Shown here piece by piece: positions 1-10,407 of a DNA stretch of 64,000 nucleotides (the first letter of the stretch is position 1; the number at the start of each line of letters is the position of its first letter). Source of the DNA: Mobula hypostoma (taxonomy: Eukaryota); contig NC_086109.1 in assembly GCF_963921235.1 (NCBI RefSeq), positions 34,784,001 to 34,848,000 of the forward strand, in the 5' to 3' direction. The notes beneath the pieces are model-generated. The model worked only from the letters and a program-made list of their open reading frames with translations. It ran no database searches and was not told the origin of the DNA. The position numbers and the translations under genes are program-made.

Positions 1-267
1 TGCAGGACCATAGAGAGATCACAAAATTGCAAAGTAAGCTCAATATAAGGTATATTACCATTTATGTTAGTTCAATGTACGTCAAGTTAAAAATTCCCAA
101 TTGTGTTTTAAATAGGTGAACTTTAAATAACAAGTCATAAATTTTACCTTATTGAATTTAGGCAGCTGAAATTACTTTACACAAATGGCAGGGTGACAAC
201 TTCCTTGGAAATTTGACTTGCAGTGAGGGAACATTGCCAGCTTCAATGAAGTAAATGTGAACTGGCT

Positions 268-490
268 GGTGCAGTGGTGTAGCTCGTAGAGTTGCTGTTT
301 CACAACTCACGATCTCTGTTACTGTCTCTACGCAGTTTGCATATTCCTCCAGATGCACAGAATTCATCCTGCTTGCAATGCCATCTGTAGGTGAACTGGA
401 CACTAAATTCTCCATCGTGTGTGTAGGATTGGGGTAAGTAGATGCATGCTGATAGGCCAAAGGGCCTGTTTCCATGCTGTATGACTCTAC
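268..490 (+). mobile_element. Degenerate tRNA-derived SINE with CR1-like tail
   Basis: tRNA-like head GGTGCAGTGGTGTAGCTCGTAGAG and 3' end GGCCAAAGGGCCTGTTTCCATGCTGTATGACTCT, resembling CR1 3' ends elsewhere in the window. Confidence 0.55.
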
Positions 491-567
491 AGCTGAAGGC
501 ATTCAATTTGCTCGAGGAACTGCCATCCTTTCAAGCAAAGTAATGGAAGAACAGAATTATCCGGTCA

Positions 568-811
568 TAAACAAGGGAAAATCTGCAGATGCTGGAAATC
601 TGAGCAACACACACTATTGCTGGAGGAACTCAGCAGGTCAGGCAGCAACTATGGAAAAGAATATAGTCAACATTTTGGACCGAGACCCTTCATCAGGACT
701 CATGAATCAATTGAATATATCAGTTGAATCAACAGAGTCTTGATGAAGGGTCTTGGTCCAAAACATCGACTGTTTACTCTTTTCCATAGGTGCTGTGTGG
801 CCTGCTAAGTT
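568..811. repeat. Head-to-head palindrome of Penelope-like element (PLE) 3' ends, with a degenerate hammerhead on each arm
   Basis: ~625-700 is the inverted complement of ~736-811, with a 35 bp spacer; both arms resemble the PLE 3' end at 2163-2295. Confidence 0.8.
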
Positions 812-1322
812 ATAATTTTTTTTAACTTCTGGTTGGGCAGAAATACTTTGTTTCTGTAGACAATTTTCGCATTTGAAATACATGTAAGTACAACCAGGAT
901 TCATGTAATCCAAGTGCCATCCCTCAACTGATACGTTATGCTGAGGCCACATCAGAGAGATAAATATTTTTATCATTTAATCATTCACTGGCAAAGTGAA
1001 TACTTATTGTCTAGCCCTCTCTTCCCCTTGAGCTAATTAGATTGTAAAGCCATTTCAGAGAGCAGTCAAAACCACATTGCTGGGCCTGGAGTCACATACA
1101 GATCGGGTCAGTTAGATGGCTTTTCTTCTCCCAAACCCATTAATGAGCTTGAAATGCTTATGTGACAGTGGTCTCAGTATTTTATTTTTATTTCTCATAT
1201 ATCCAATTGATTTGTTTACATTCCTCAATTGCTATAGTGGAATTCAAACCATTTCACTGTCTGATCATCTGTGCCCTGGGCTTCTGGTTCAAGTAACTTA
1301 ACTCACCTTTTCACTACGTATC

Positions 1323-1436
1323 ACGCAAAACACTAGAGGTCCTCAACAGGCCAGGCAGAATCTGTGGAAGAGAGCAAATTGTTGATGTTTTCGGCTGAGA
1401 TCGTTCATCAGGACTGATTTCCAGCATCTCATGTTT
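1323..1436. repeat. Degenerate, internally deleted PLE 3'-end palindrome
   Basis: ...GTTGATGTTTTCGGCTGAGATCGTTCATCAGGACT followed by GATTTCCAGCATCT from the opposite arm. Confidence 0.6.
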
Positions 1437-2162
1437 ATGATTTCTCCACATATGTTGATGTTCCCATTGAACTTCTTGAAGAAAAGCAGAGAGTTTGCTA
1501 GTTTATTAACCAATATTTAGCTTTCAATCAACAACTCTTTAAAATTAAAACATAGTTTGATCATTATATAAATGTACTTGTGCTCTTGTGCTCACGGGCC
1601 ACCGTATTTCTAACATTATAACAATGCTGCAAAAAAAAGTGCTTTATTGATTTTGAAGTGTTTTCATATCCCCAAGAATATGAAGCATGCTTTATAAATT
1701 CAATCTTTTATTTTACTAGACTGCTCCTAGGGCTCTTAACCTTGAGGAATATGTTAAGAAAGTATTGAAAGTGAATTTGGAGGGCTTCTGATTAGTTTGG
1801 AGCATCTATGCCCCTTTCTCACACAGGTTTGATGCCACAAATTTGGCTGAACTCTGTCTGTAATTGTTTGTAAGTTCAAATGCTGTGAAGTCTAGAACTG
1901 ATCTTTTGTCATGCTTTGTTGATAGTTGTATCTTTATGCGGAACTGGAAAATAACGTCCTTGAAATTATAAGAAGAAAATAGGATAGGCATGCAAAAGTT
2001 AAAATGAAACTGCTATAAACTTTGCTTTACCTTGACAATGTGAACCAGAAGACTTTACGAAGAGAATACTGCTGAGATGTTTTCTCTTAAAATTGCCTAC
2101 CTGCTCAGATGATACTTCCTTAAATTCAGTTATTTTTCGGAATCTAGACTTCAATAGCAAGG

Positions 2163-2678
2163 AACAACAGGAATTCTGCAGATGCTGGAAATTCCAGCAA
2201 CACACATCAAAGTTGCTGGTGAACGCAGCAGGCCAGGCAGCATCTGTAGGAAGAGGTGCAGTCGACGTTTCAGGCCGAGACCCTTCGTCAGGACTAACTG
2301 AAGGAAGAGTGAGTAAGGGATTTGGAAGTTGGAGGGGGAGGGAGAGATCCAAAATGATAGGAGAAGACAGGAGGGGGAGGGATAGAGCCAAGAGCTGGAC
2401 AGGTGATAGGCAAAAGGGGATACGAGAGGATCATGGGACAGGAGGTCCGGGAAGAAAGACAAGGGGGGGGGGACCCAGAGGATGGGCAAGAGGTATATTC
2501 AGAGGGACAGAGGGAGAAAAAGGAGAGTGAGAGAAAGAATGTGTGCATAAAAATAAGTAACAGATGGGGTACGAGGGGGAGGTGGGGCCTTAGCGGAAGT
2601 TAGAGAAGTCGATGTTCATGCCATCAGGTTGGAGGCTACCCAGACGGAATATAAGGTGTTGTTCCTCCAACCTGAGTG
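2163..2678 (-). mobile_element. 5'-truncated Penelope-like element: end of GIY-YIG domain plus 3' UTR with hammerhead
   Basis: Near-identical to 14391-14908; minus strand encodes ...LRLEEQHLIFRLGSLQPDGMNIDFSNFR*. Confidence 0.9.
2260..2295 (-). ncRNA. Minimal type I hammerhead ribozyme
   Basis: Minus strand AGTC-CTGACGA-AGG(GTCTCGG)CCT-GAAAC-GTC-GACT: stem I AGUC/GACU, core CUGANGA, stem II, GAAA, palindromic ACGU stem III, GUC cleavage triplet. Confidence 0.8.
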
Positions 2679-2699
2679 AGAACAGTTCCAACTTGCAGG

Positions 2700-3045
2700 A
2701 AGACCAGACCAATTTATAATGGGAGAATATTTCCGAAGGTTGTTATTGAGCCACCTCATACTGACAGACTATTACTTTTGGGGCATCACAGGGCTTGGCA
2801 CTCAGATATTCACAACATTTTTTGCATCCATACTAAACTTTTGGCTGAAGGGGCTAGAAGCTATATTTCCATGTCTGCTGATGATACAAAACTAGGTGGG
2901 ATTGTGAATACGTGGAATGGTGTAAAGAGACTTCCAAAACATATCAATACATTGATGGGTGTGCGAGAATATGGTGGGAGGAATATAAGGTAGAAAAATG
3001 AGAGCCCATTTTCATTGGTGTACATAATAGAACAGTAGAGTATTT
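2700..3045 (+). mobile_element. Old CR1 LINE RT fragment, interrupted by the Rex-Babar insertion and resuming at 5484
   Basis: SADDTKLGG motif in ORF 2676-2993. Confidence 0.7.
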
Positions 3046-5483
3046 ACCAGCACCCGAGTGCCATCATTACCATCTCGGGTGACTTCAACCACGTTACCAT
3101 GGCTAGAACACTGTCCAACTTCACGCAGTATGTGAGCTGTACAACCAGAGGGGAAAGGACTCTGGATTTGATGTACGCTAACGTTAAGGATGCATACATC
3201 TCCTCTCCCCTTCCCCCACTGGGAAAGTCAGATCACAACCTGGTGTGTGCCTCTGGTGAAGAGTAAACCTGCAACCTTGAGGACAGTGAGAAAATGGTTG
3301 GAGGAGGCTTATGATGCGCTCCAGGGTTGTTTTGAGGTGACAGAGTGGCAGGCACTCTCTGAGCCACATGGAGAGGATATTGATGGGCTCACAGAGTGCA
3401 TCACTGATTACATCAACTTCTGTGTGGGCTGCAATGTTCCGACAAGAACTGTCCTTTGTTATTCAAATAACAAGCCATGGGTGACAAAGGACATTAAGGA
3501 CATCCTGAACGCTAAAAAGAGGGCGCTTAGAGCTGGAAATAGGGAGGAGCTGAGGGCAATACAGAGGGACCTGAAAGCCAGGATCAGGGAGGCTAAAGAC
3601 AGGTACAGGAGGAAGCTTGAGTGGAAACTCCAGCAGAACAACATGAGAGAGGTCTGGAGAGGGATGAGGACCATCACTGGGTTCCGGCAAACTAGCAACA
3701 GAGGAGCTGAAGGCAGTGTGGACAGGGCCAATGAACTTAACCTGTTCTTTAACAGATTTGACTTTACGGCCCCTGCCCATTCCCCACATGAGCCATCTGT
3801 TGTCGGCCCCCAACAAACACATATTCCACTCTCCCCTCCTACCCCTCCTCACAGTCCCCCACCTGCTCTCATGACTATACCCCTTTCCCACACGAAACCT
3901 CCACGGTGGGCTTCACAGCTGAAAAGGTGAGAAGACAGCTGAAACGTCTCAACCCAAGCAAGGCTGCAGGACCAGATGGTGTCAGTACCAGGGTGCTCAA
4001 AGCCTGTGCCCCTCAGCTATGTGGAGTACTTCGCCACGTATTCAACCTGAGCCTGAGGCTCCGGAGGGTTCCTGTACTGTGGAAGACGTCCTGCCTCGTC
4101 TCTGTGCCAAAGACGCCGCACCCCAGTGGCCTCAATGACTACAGACCGGTGGCATTGACCTCCCACATCATGAAGACCCTGGAGAGACTTGTTCTGGAGC
4201 TGCTCCGGCCTATGGTCAGGCAACACTTAGATCCCTTCCAGTTCGCCTACCAGCCTCGACTAGGAGTTGAGGATGCCATCGTTTACCTGCTGAACCGTGT
4301 CTACGCCCACCTGGACAAGCCAGCGAGCACTGTGAGGGTCATGTTTTTTGACTTCTCCAGTGCGTTCAACACCATCCGCCCTGCTCTGCTGGGGGAGAAA
4401 CTGACAGCTATGCAGGTGGATGCTTTCCTGGTGTCATGAACTCTTGATTACCTGACTGGCAGACCACGGTACGTGTACTTGCAACACTATGTGTCCGACA
4501 GAGTGATCAGCAGCACTGGGGCTCCACAGGGGACTGTTTTGTCTCCCTTTCTCTTCACCATTTACATCTCGGACTTCAACTACTGCACAGAGTCTTGTCA
4601 TCTTCAGAAGTTTTCGGATGACTCTGCCATAGTTGGATGCATCAGCAAGGGAGATGAGGCTGAGTACAGGGCTATGGTAGGAAACTTTGTCACATGGTGT
4701 GAGCAGAATTATCTGCAGCTTAATGTGAAACAGACTAAGGAGCTGGTGGTAGACCTGAGGAGAGCTAAGGTACCGGTGACCACTGTTTCCATCCAGGGGG
4801 TCAGTGTGGACATGGTGGAGGATTACAAATACCTGGGGATACGAATTGACAATAAACTGGACTGGTCTAAGAATACTGAGGCTGTCTACAAGAAGGGTCA
4901 GAGCTGTCTCTATTTCCTGAGGAGACTGAGGTCCTTTAACATCTGCCAGACAATGCTGAGGATGTTCTACGAGTCTGTGGTGGCCAGTGCTATCATGTTT
5001 GCTGTTGTGTGCTGGGGCAGCAGGCTGAGAGTAGCAGACACCAACAGAATCAACAAACTCATTCGTAAGGCCAGTGATGTTGTGGGGATGGAACTGGACT
5101 CTCTGACGGTGGTGTCTGAAAAGAGGATGCTGTCTAAGTTGCATGCCATCTTGGACAATGTCTCCCATCCACTACATATCGTACTGGGTGGGCACAGGAG
5201 TACATTCGGCCAGAGACTCATTCCACCGAGATGCAGCACAGAGCGTCATAGGAAGTCATTCCTGCCTGTGGCCATCAAACTTTACAACTCCTCCCTTGGA
5301 GGGTCAGACACACTGAGCCAAGAGGCTGGTCCTGGACTTATTTGATAATTTACTGGCATTATTTACATATTACTATTTAACTATTTATGGTTCTATTACT
5401 ATTTATTATTTATGGTGCAACTGTAACGAAAACCAGTTTCCCCCGGGATCAATAAAGTAATGACTATGCCTATGACTATGACT
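3046..5483 (+). mobile_element. 5'-truncated Rex1/Babar-type LINE (end of APE endonuclease plus RT), disrupted
   Basis: SGDFNH and GKSDHNLV endonuclease motifs; KAAGPDG, YRPVALTS, FFDFSSAFNT, GAPQGTVLSP and KFSDDSAIVG RT motifs; frameshifts and a TGG>TGA stop at 4437-4439; AATAAA followed by an (ATGACT)n tail. Confidence 0.9.
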
Positions 5484-5955
5484 AAATGTTGAGAGGTCGT
5501 ATTGTTAATGTTCGAAAGGATCTGGGAATGTTTTTATACAAGTCATTGACGGCCAATAAGCACATGAAGAAAACAATTTGGAAAGCGAGCTTGATTACAG
5601 GAGTAAAGGAGTTTAATTGGAATTGTATTGGACCTTGGCGAGGCAGACCCTGGAATATTGTGTACAATCCTTATCTAAGAAAATAAACTACTTGCCACAA
5701 TAGATTTGAATTGAGAAGAGAGCAAGTTTAGAGGGATGTGCAGAACAAGCTTTATATGCAGAATACAGTAGGTTCTTGGGACATGCTGCCAGGGGCAGAT
5801 GTTATAGTGGCGTTCGAGAGACTTTTAAATAGGCCATGAATATAGAGGAATATGGATCATGTGCATGCAGAAGAGATTAATTTAACATAACATCATGCTT
5901 GTTACAGACATCAGATGCTGAAGAGCCTTTTCCTGTGCTGTACTGTTCCATTTTC
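5484..5955 (+). mobile_element. Old CR1 3' fragment, continuation of 2700-3045
   Basis: Degenerate 'RP.LEYCVQ' segment near 5640 and CR1-type 3' end GCTGAAGAGCCTTTTCCTGTGCTGTACTGTTC. Confidence 0.65.
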
Positions 5956-6989
5956 AATTCTTGTAGGATTGTACTTTGCTTTATTAATCAAATCACTTCT
6001 TCTATTCCAGTAACTTAACTATTGCACTGGCAATAAGTTTTCTGATGCTTAAAGATCGTGATAAAATCATATTTAAAATTTATCATTTGGATAAATGATT
6101 GGAAATGTCAAGGCTACATTTCAGATGTTGAGAGAATCATTTTCATGTCTAGCGGCAAAGGCAAACTATTTTGTTGCTGAGATGTGAAATCGATGATTAT
6201 ATTAATGGGATAATAAAAAGGGAGAATGTGCTTCAGAAACTGAGAGAATCCTAGTCAAGTTATAAGCATGTACCTTCAACTGTTCAAATCACAAGGTAGT
6301 GACCTGATTTGATGAGTCAGGAATATGGATGGAAGCCAGGCTTGGAGGGCCTTTCTCATGGGATAAGCCCATCGAACTATGATTGCTATATTTGGAGGAA
6401 TACTCTAATTCATATCTAGGATGTGCTAGATTTAATGGCCTTGAAATTGGCCCTCTCTACCGTGAACTGGGTTCAGGAAAACAAACACCACAGCAGAATA
6501 TGTAGGTTTGTGTCACAGCAATGTTGAGCATCCCACCCCACTATACCATCACACTCTGGTAAGACCAGCAGTCTATGAACAGATTCAAAATGATTTCTCT
6601 GTTGTTGATGCTGGATTTCTGTGTGACATTGGCCCATTTGGAAGGGCAAGTGATCCAGAGTTGAGTCTACAGCATTGCAGTGGAGACAGTAGGAAGAATA
6701 TTTTAGATGCCACCTTTCAGTTGTCCCATTAGTTAGGGTCTATCGAAGCCTTTTCTTTTCAAAATTAAGCCCAGTCAGCCTGGTTGTAGGCATATTCTAG
6801 TTGAGTTTTGTAAAGGGTATATTGAGCTGGTGTTTTGAACTTTGTTTACGTGCCACAGTTGTTAGCCAAAGATTTTTCCATTTTGACCAAAATTTCTCAA
6901 AAGGAATACAAACACTCTAAATCCATACTTAAATCCTTGAACGCATTTTGTTTCTGCAAATTGAATATTTTCAGTTATTTTGTTTGAAT

Positions 6990-7480
6990 GCAATTTACAT
7001 GCCTCTATTTAGGAACATGAAGGCTTTGGATAGAATATGTAAAAAATTTTCTAAATTTGTTCTTGAATTGAAATGCTCTAGTCAAGTGGATAGACCAGAC
7101 AAATTGGGATTGCTCCTTCAAGAGCAAAGAAGATAAGGAGGAGATTTGAAGACAGGAGTGGTTAGATGAAGTAACTAAAGCAGTTTCCAATAGCTTTGGG
7201 CCAATGACAAGTGACAATTAACCCAAAGTAATTAACAAAATGAAACAGAAATAACATCAAGAAAATGTTCTTGTTAGATAGAATTTAGAATATGGCTCCA
7301 AATGGAGTATTGGATACTAGTAGTGTACTAATCTTAAAAGAGGGATTGGATAAGTGATTGAAAGAGGAAAAATTACAACAATATAGGGAAAAGCATAGAT
7401 GAAACTGTTGCTTAATGAAAAACCTGGTATTGACCTGAAGGGTTAAATGATCTCCCATGCTTCATAGTTTTGACTCTAGT
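6990..7480 (+). mobile_element. Highly degenerate CR1 3' fragment
   Basis: ALDRICKKFSKFV..DRPDKLGLL..EQRR resembles the CR1 ORF2 C-terminus. Confidence 0.55.
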
Positions 7481-7869
7481 TGTTCATGCAACATGCCAAA
7501 AGCCTCATTCATTCTTAATGACAATCATAAAACACGATTACTTTGTGTTTTTTTGTAGTCTAACCAACAGCATTTTAATGTTTTGTGTATTAATAAATGG
7601 CATATCAGACATTAATTGTTATTGATTCCAGTTTATGCAACACCCATATGAATCATAGACAAGTAGGGACTAATAATAACTTCTTATATCAGAGGTTCAA
7701 AGCTGATAGAAAAATTTCCATTGAAAAATATGCATGAAAATTTGGCCATTTTTTAAAGTTAAGATAAATCCAAGTTTTCTTTTAATTTTTTTGAAGGAGC
7801 TGGGTATTCTGGCAGGGCCAGCATTCATCGTCAATTTCTACTGCCCATGGTCTGTTACCACCTTGAACA

Positions 7870-8355
7870 TAGAGAATCAAACATAAGATAGTACAGGCCC
7901 TATGACCCATGATGCTGTGCCATCCTTTTAAACTAATCCAAGATCAGTCTGGCTCTTCTCTCCCACATAGCCCTCAATTCTTCATCCATCTATGTGTCTA
8001 TCTAAGAGTGTCTTAAATATCCCTAATATATCTGTCTCTATCATCACCATTGGCAGTGTGTTCCACAAACTTACCATTTTCTGTACATAAATAACTACCT
8101 CTAATATTCCACTTGTATTTCCTCCAATCACGTGAAATTATGCCTTTTTGAATTAGTTGTTGCTTCCTTGGGAATAAAGGGTGCTGGCTTCCCACTCTAT
8201 CTATTCCTCCTATCTTATACACCTCTATAAGGTCATCACTCATTGTCCTTCGCTCCAAAGAGAGAAGTTCTAGCTCACTCAGCCTTTCTCCTCTGCACCA
8301 TCTCTGAAGCTTCCTAAAATGAGATGACCAGAAATGAACAAATACTCCAAATATT
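7870..8355 (-). mobile_element. Degenerate CR1 3' fragment
   Basis: ERRTMSDDLIEVYKI..IDRV in ORF 8013-8258. Confidence 0.7.
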
Positions 8356-8464
8356 GAATGCTGTATAACACAATACTGATTGCCACAGCTTTTCTTGTGA
8401 AGATACTCTGAGGTACTTTTAGCTAGTGAATAAGTCCATAAATAGGCAGGTGTTGAAATCTAGA

Positions 8465-9230
8465 TCAGAAACCAAACTGGTGGAAGAAAGGAATTATTCA
8501 TACTTTGAGATCCTGCATCGGGTCTGAGAGTGGTGAGGGAAGATCAATATTATAAACAAGAGTGAGACAGGTGCCACTGTTATTGGTGGTACTGGTGGAT
8601 CAAGGAGGGGTGAAAATGGAGCTATGTGGGGAAGAGGTTGAGTTGGAAGACATAGCAGGTGGGTGATGGTTTGAAAGCAGATGGCAGAGGAGAGGAGGTG
8701 GAGTAGTGAAAAAGATAGCGTTTGCAGCCAGGTGTGGGAGGGATGAAGATGGAGACAGATGTATCACGTTCATAAGTGGGAACATGAGGGTGACCAGTAT
8801 AGGAATCTACTGAGTAAGTAAGGTAGAGGTGATGGGAACATAGAACACAGATATGGGAGGGGATCTGGTGTGTAAAATACATTGGTGGAAGAACAGGCTT
8901 GAGTGGGTATGGTGTGAGAAAAAGAAGGAAATAATTGCGGGGGGGTGGCAGTAGGAGCATATGGAAAATGAACAAAATGGTAGGACTGGAATTGGATAAA
9001 GAACAGAAGGAGCATGTGAAGAAATGAAGCTGAAAGTATTGATCTTCATATCATTGAGTTTGTGGACTGCCCAAGTATGTCATTCTTCCGCCAGAGTTGG
9101 AATTTACTCTAGCAGTGGAGAAGGCCAAGGACTGATGTCATTGAGGGTATGGTAGGGAAACTGAAATGATAAAGAATCTAGGAATCAGAGTGACTACTTG
9201 AGACAGAGTTCAAGTACACTGTAAATCGAC
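8465..9230 (-). mobile_element. Old PLE 3' region
   Basis: Purine-rich body; 9040-9230 resembles the GIY-YIG end at 14830-15050. Confidence 0.5.
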
Positions 9231-9249
9231 TGCATAACCTATGCAGTTA

Positions 9250-10407
9250 TAACCATGTAACCATATAACAATTACAGCATGGAAACAGGGAGTCTCGGCC
9301 CTTCTAGTCTGTGCTGAACTCTTACTCTCACCTAGTCACACCGACCTGCACTCAGCCCGTAACTCTCCATTCCTTTCCTGTCCATACATTTGTCCAATTT
9401 AACGTTAAATGACAACATCGAACCTGCCTCAACCACTTCTGCTGGAAGCCCTTTCCACACAGCTACCACTCTCTGAGTAAAGAAGTTCCCCCTCATGTTA
9501 CCCCTAAACTTTTGCCCTTTAACTCTCAACTCATGTCCTCTTGTTTGAATCTCCCCCACTCAATGGAAAAAGCCTATCCCCCTCATAATTTTAAATACCT
9601 CTTTCAAGTCCCCCCTCAACCTTCTACATTCCAAAGAATAAAGATCCAACTTGTTCAACCTTTCTCTGTAATTTAGGTGATGAAAACCAGGTAACATTTT
9701 AGTAAATCTTCTCTGTACTCTCTCTATTTTGTTGACATCTTTCCTATAATTCGGTGATCAAAACTGTACACAATACTCCAAATTTGGCCTCACCAATGCC
9801 TTGTACAATTTCAACATTACATCCCAACTCCTATACTCAATGCTCTGATTTATAAAGGCCAGCATACCAAAAGCTTTCTTCACCACCCAACCCACATGAG
9901 ATTCCACCTTCAGGGAAGTGTGCACCATTATTCCTAGATCCCTCTGTTCTGCTACATTCTTCAATGCCCTATCATTGACCATGTATGTCCTACTTTGATT
10001 AGTCCTACCAAAATGTAACACCTCACATTTATCAGCATTAAACTCCATCTGCCATCTTTCAGCCCACTCTTCTAACTGGCCTAAATCTCTCTGCAAGCTT
10101 TGAAAACCTATTTCATTATCCACAACTCCACCTATCTTAGTATCATCTGTACACTTACTCATGCAATTTACCATCCCATCATACAGATCATTAATGTATA
10201 TGACAAATAATATTGGACCCAGTACAGATCCCTAGTCACCGACCTTCAATCTGACAAACAGTTATCCACAACCACTCTGTGGAGTCTCCCATCCAGCCAC
10301 TGCTGAATCCATTTTACTACTTCAATATTAATACCTAACGATTGAACCTTCCTAACCAACCTCCCATGTGGGACCTTGTCAAAGGCCTTACTGAAGTCCA
10401 TATAGAC
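9250..10407 (-). mobile_element. CR1 LINE subfamily A, 3' part (host of nested CR1)
   Basis: (TTATATGG)n tail; DDTKIGG, VRPNLEYCVQF and [13 protein letters not shown] motifs. Confidence 0.9.

Noticed and set aside
1828..1870. Possible 43-nt plus-strand exon (CACAG|...|GTAAGT)
   Set aside because: No recognisable peptide or partner exons; such signals are common by chance
1999..2603. Cluster of overlapping ORFs duplicated at 14368-14833
   Set aside because: Low-complexity PLE 3' UTR lacking stops; not host genes
4434..5239. Long antisense ORFs here and at 39659-40284 and 60878-61570
   Set aside because: Shadow frames of LINE coding strands
9229..9270. Short hairpin beside the CR1 tail, with similar words at 57157-57185
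   Set aside because: Matches are about 11 nt and in a different order; probably coincidental
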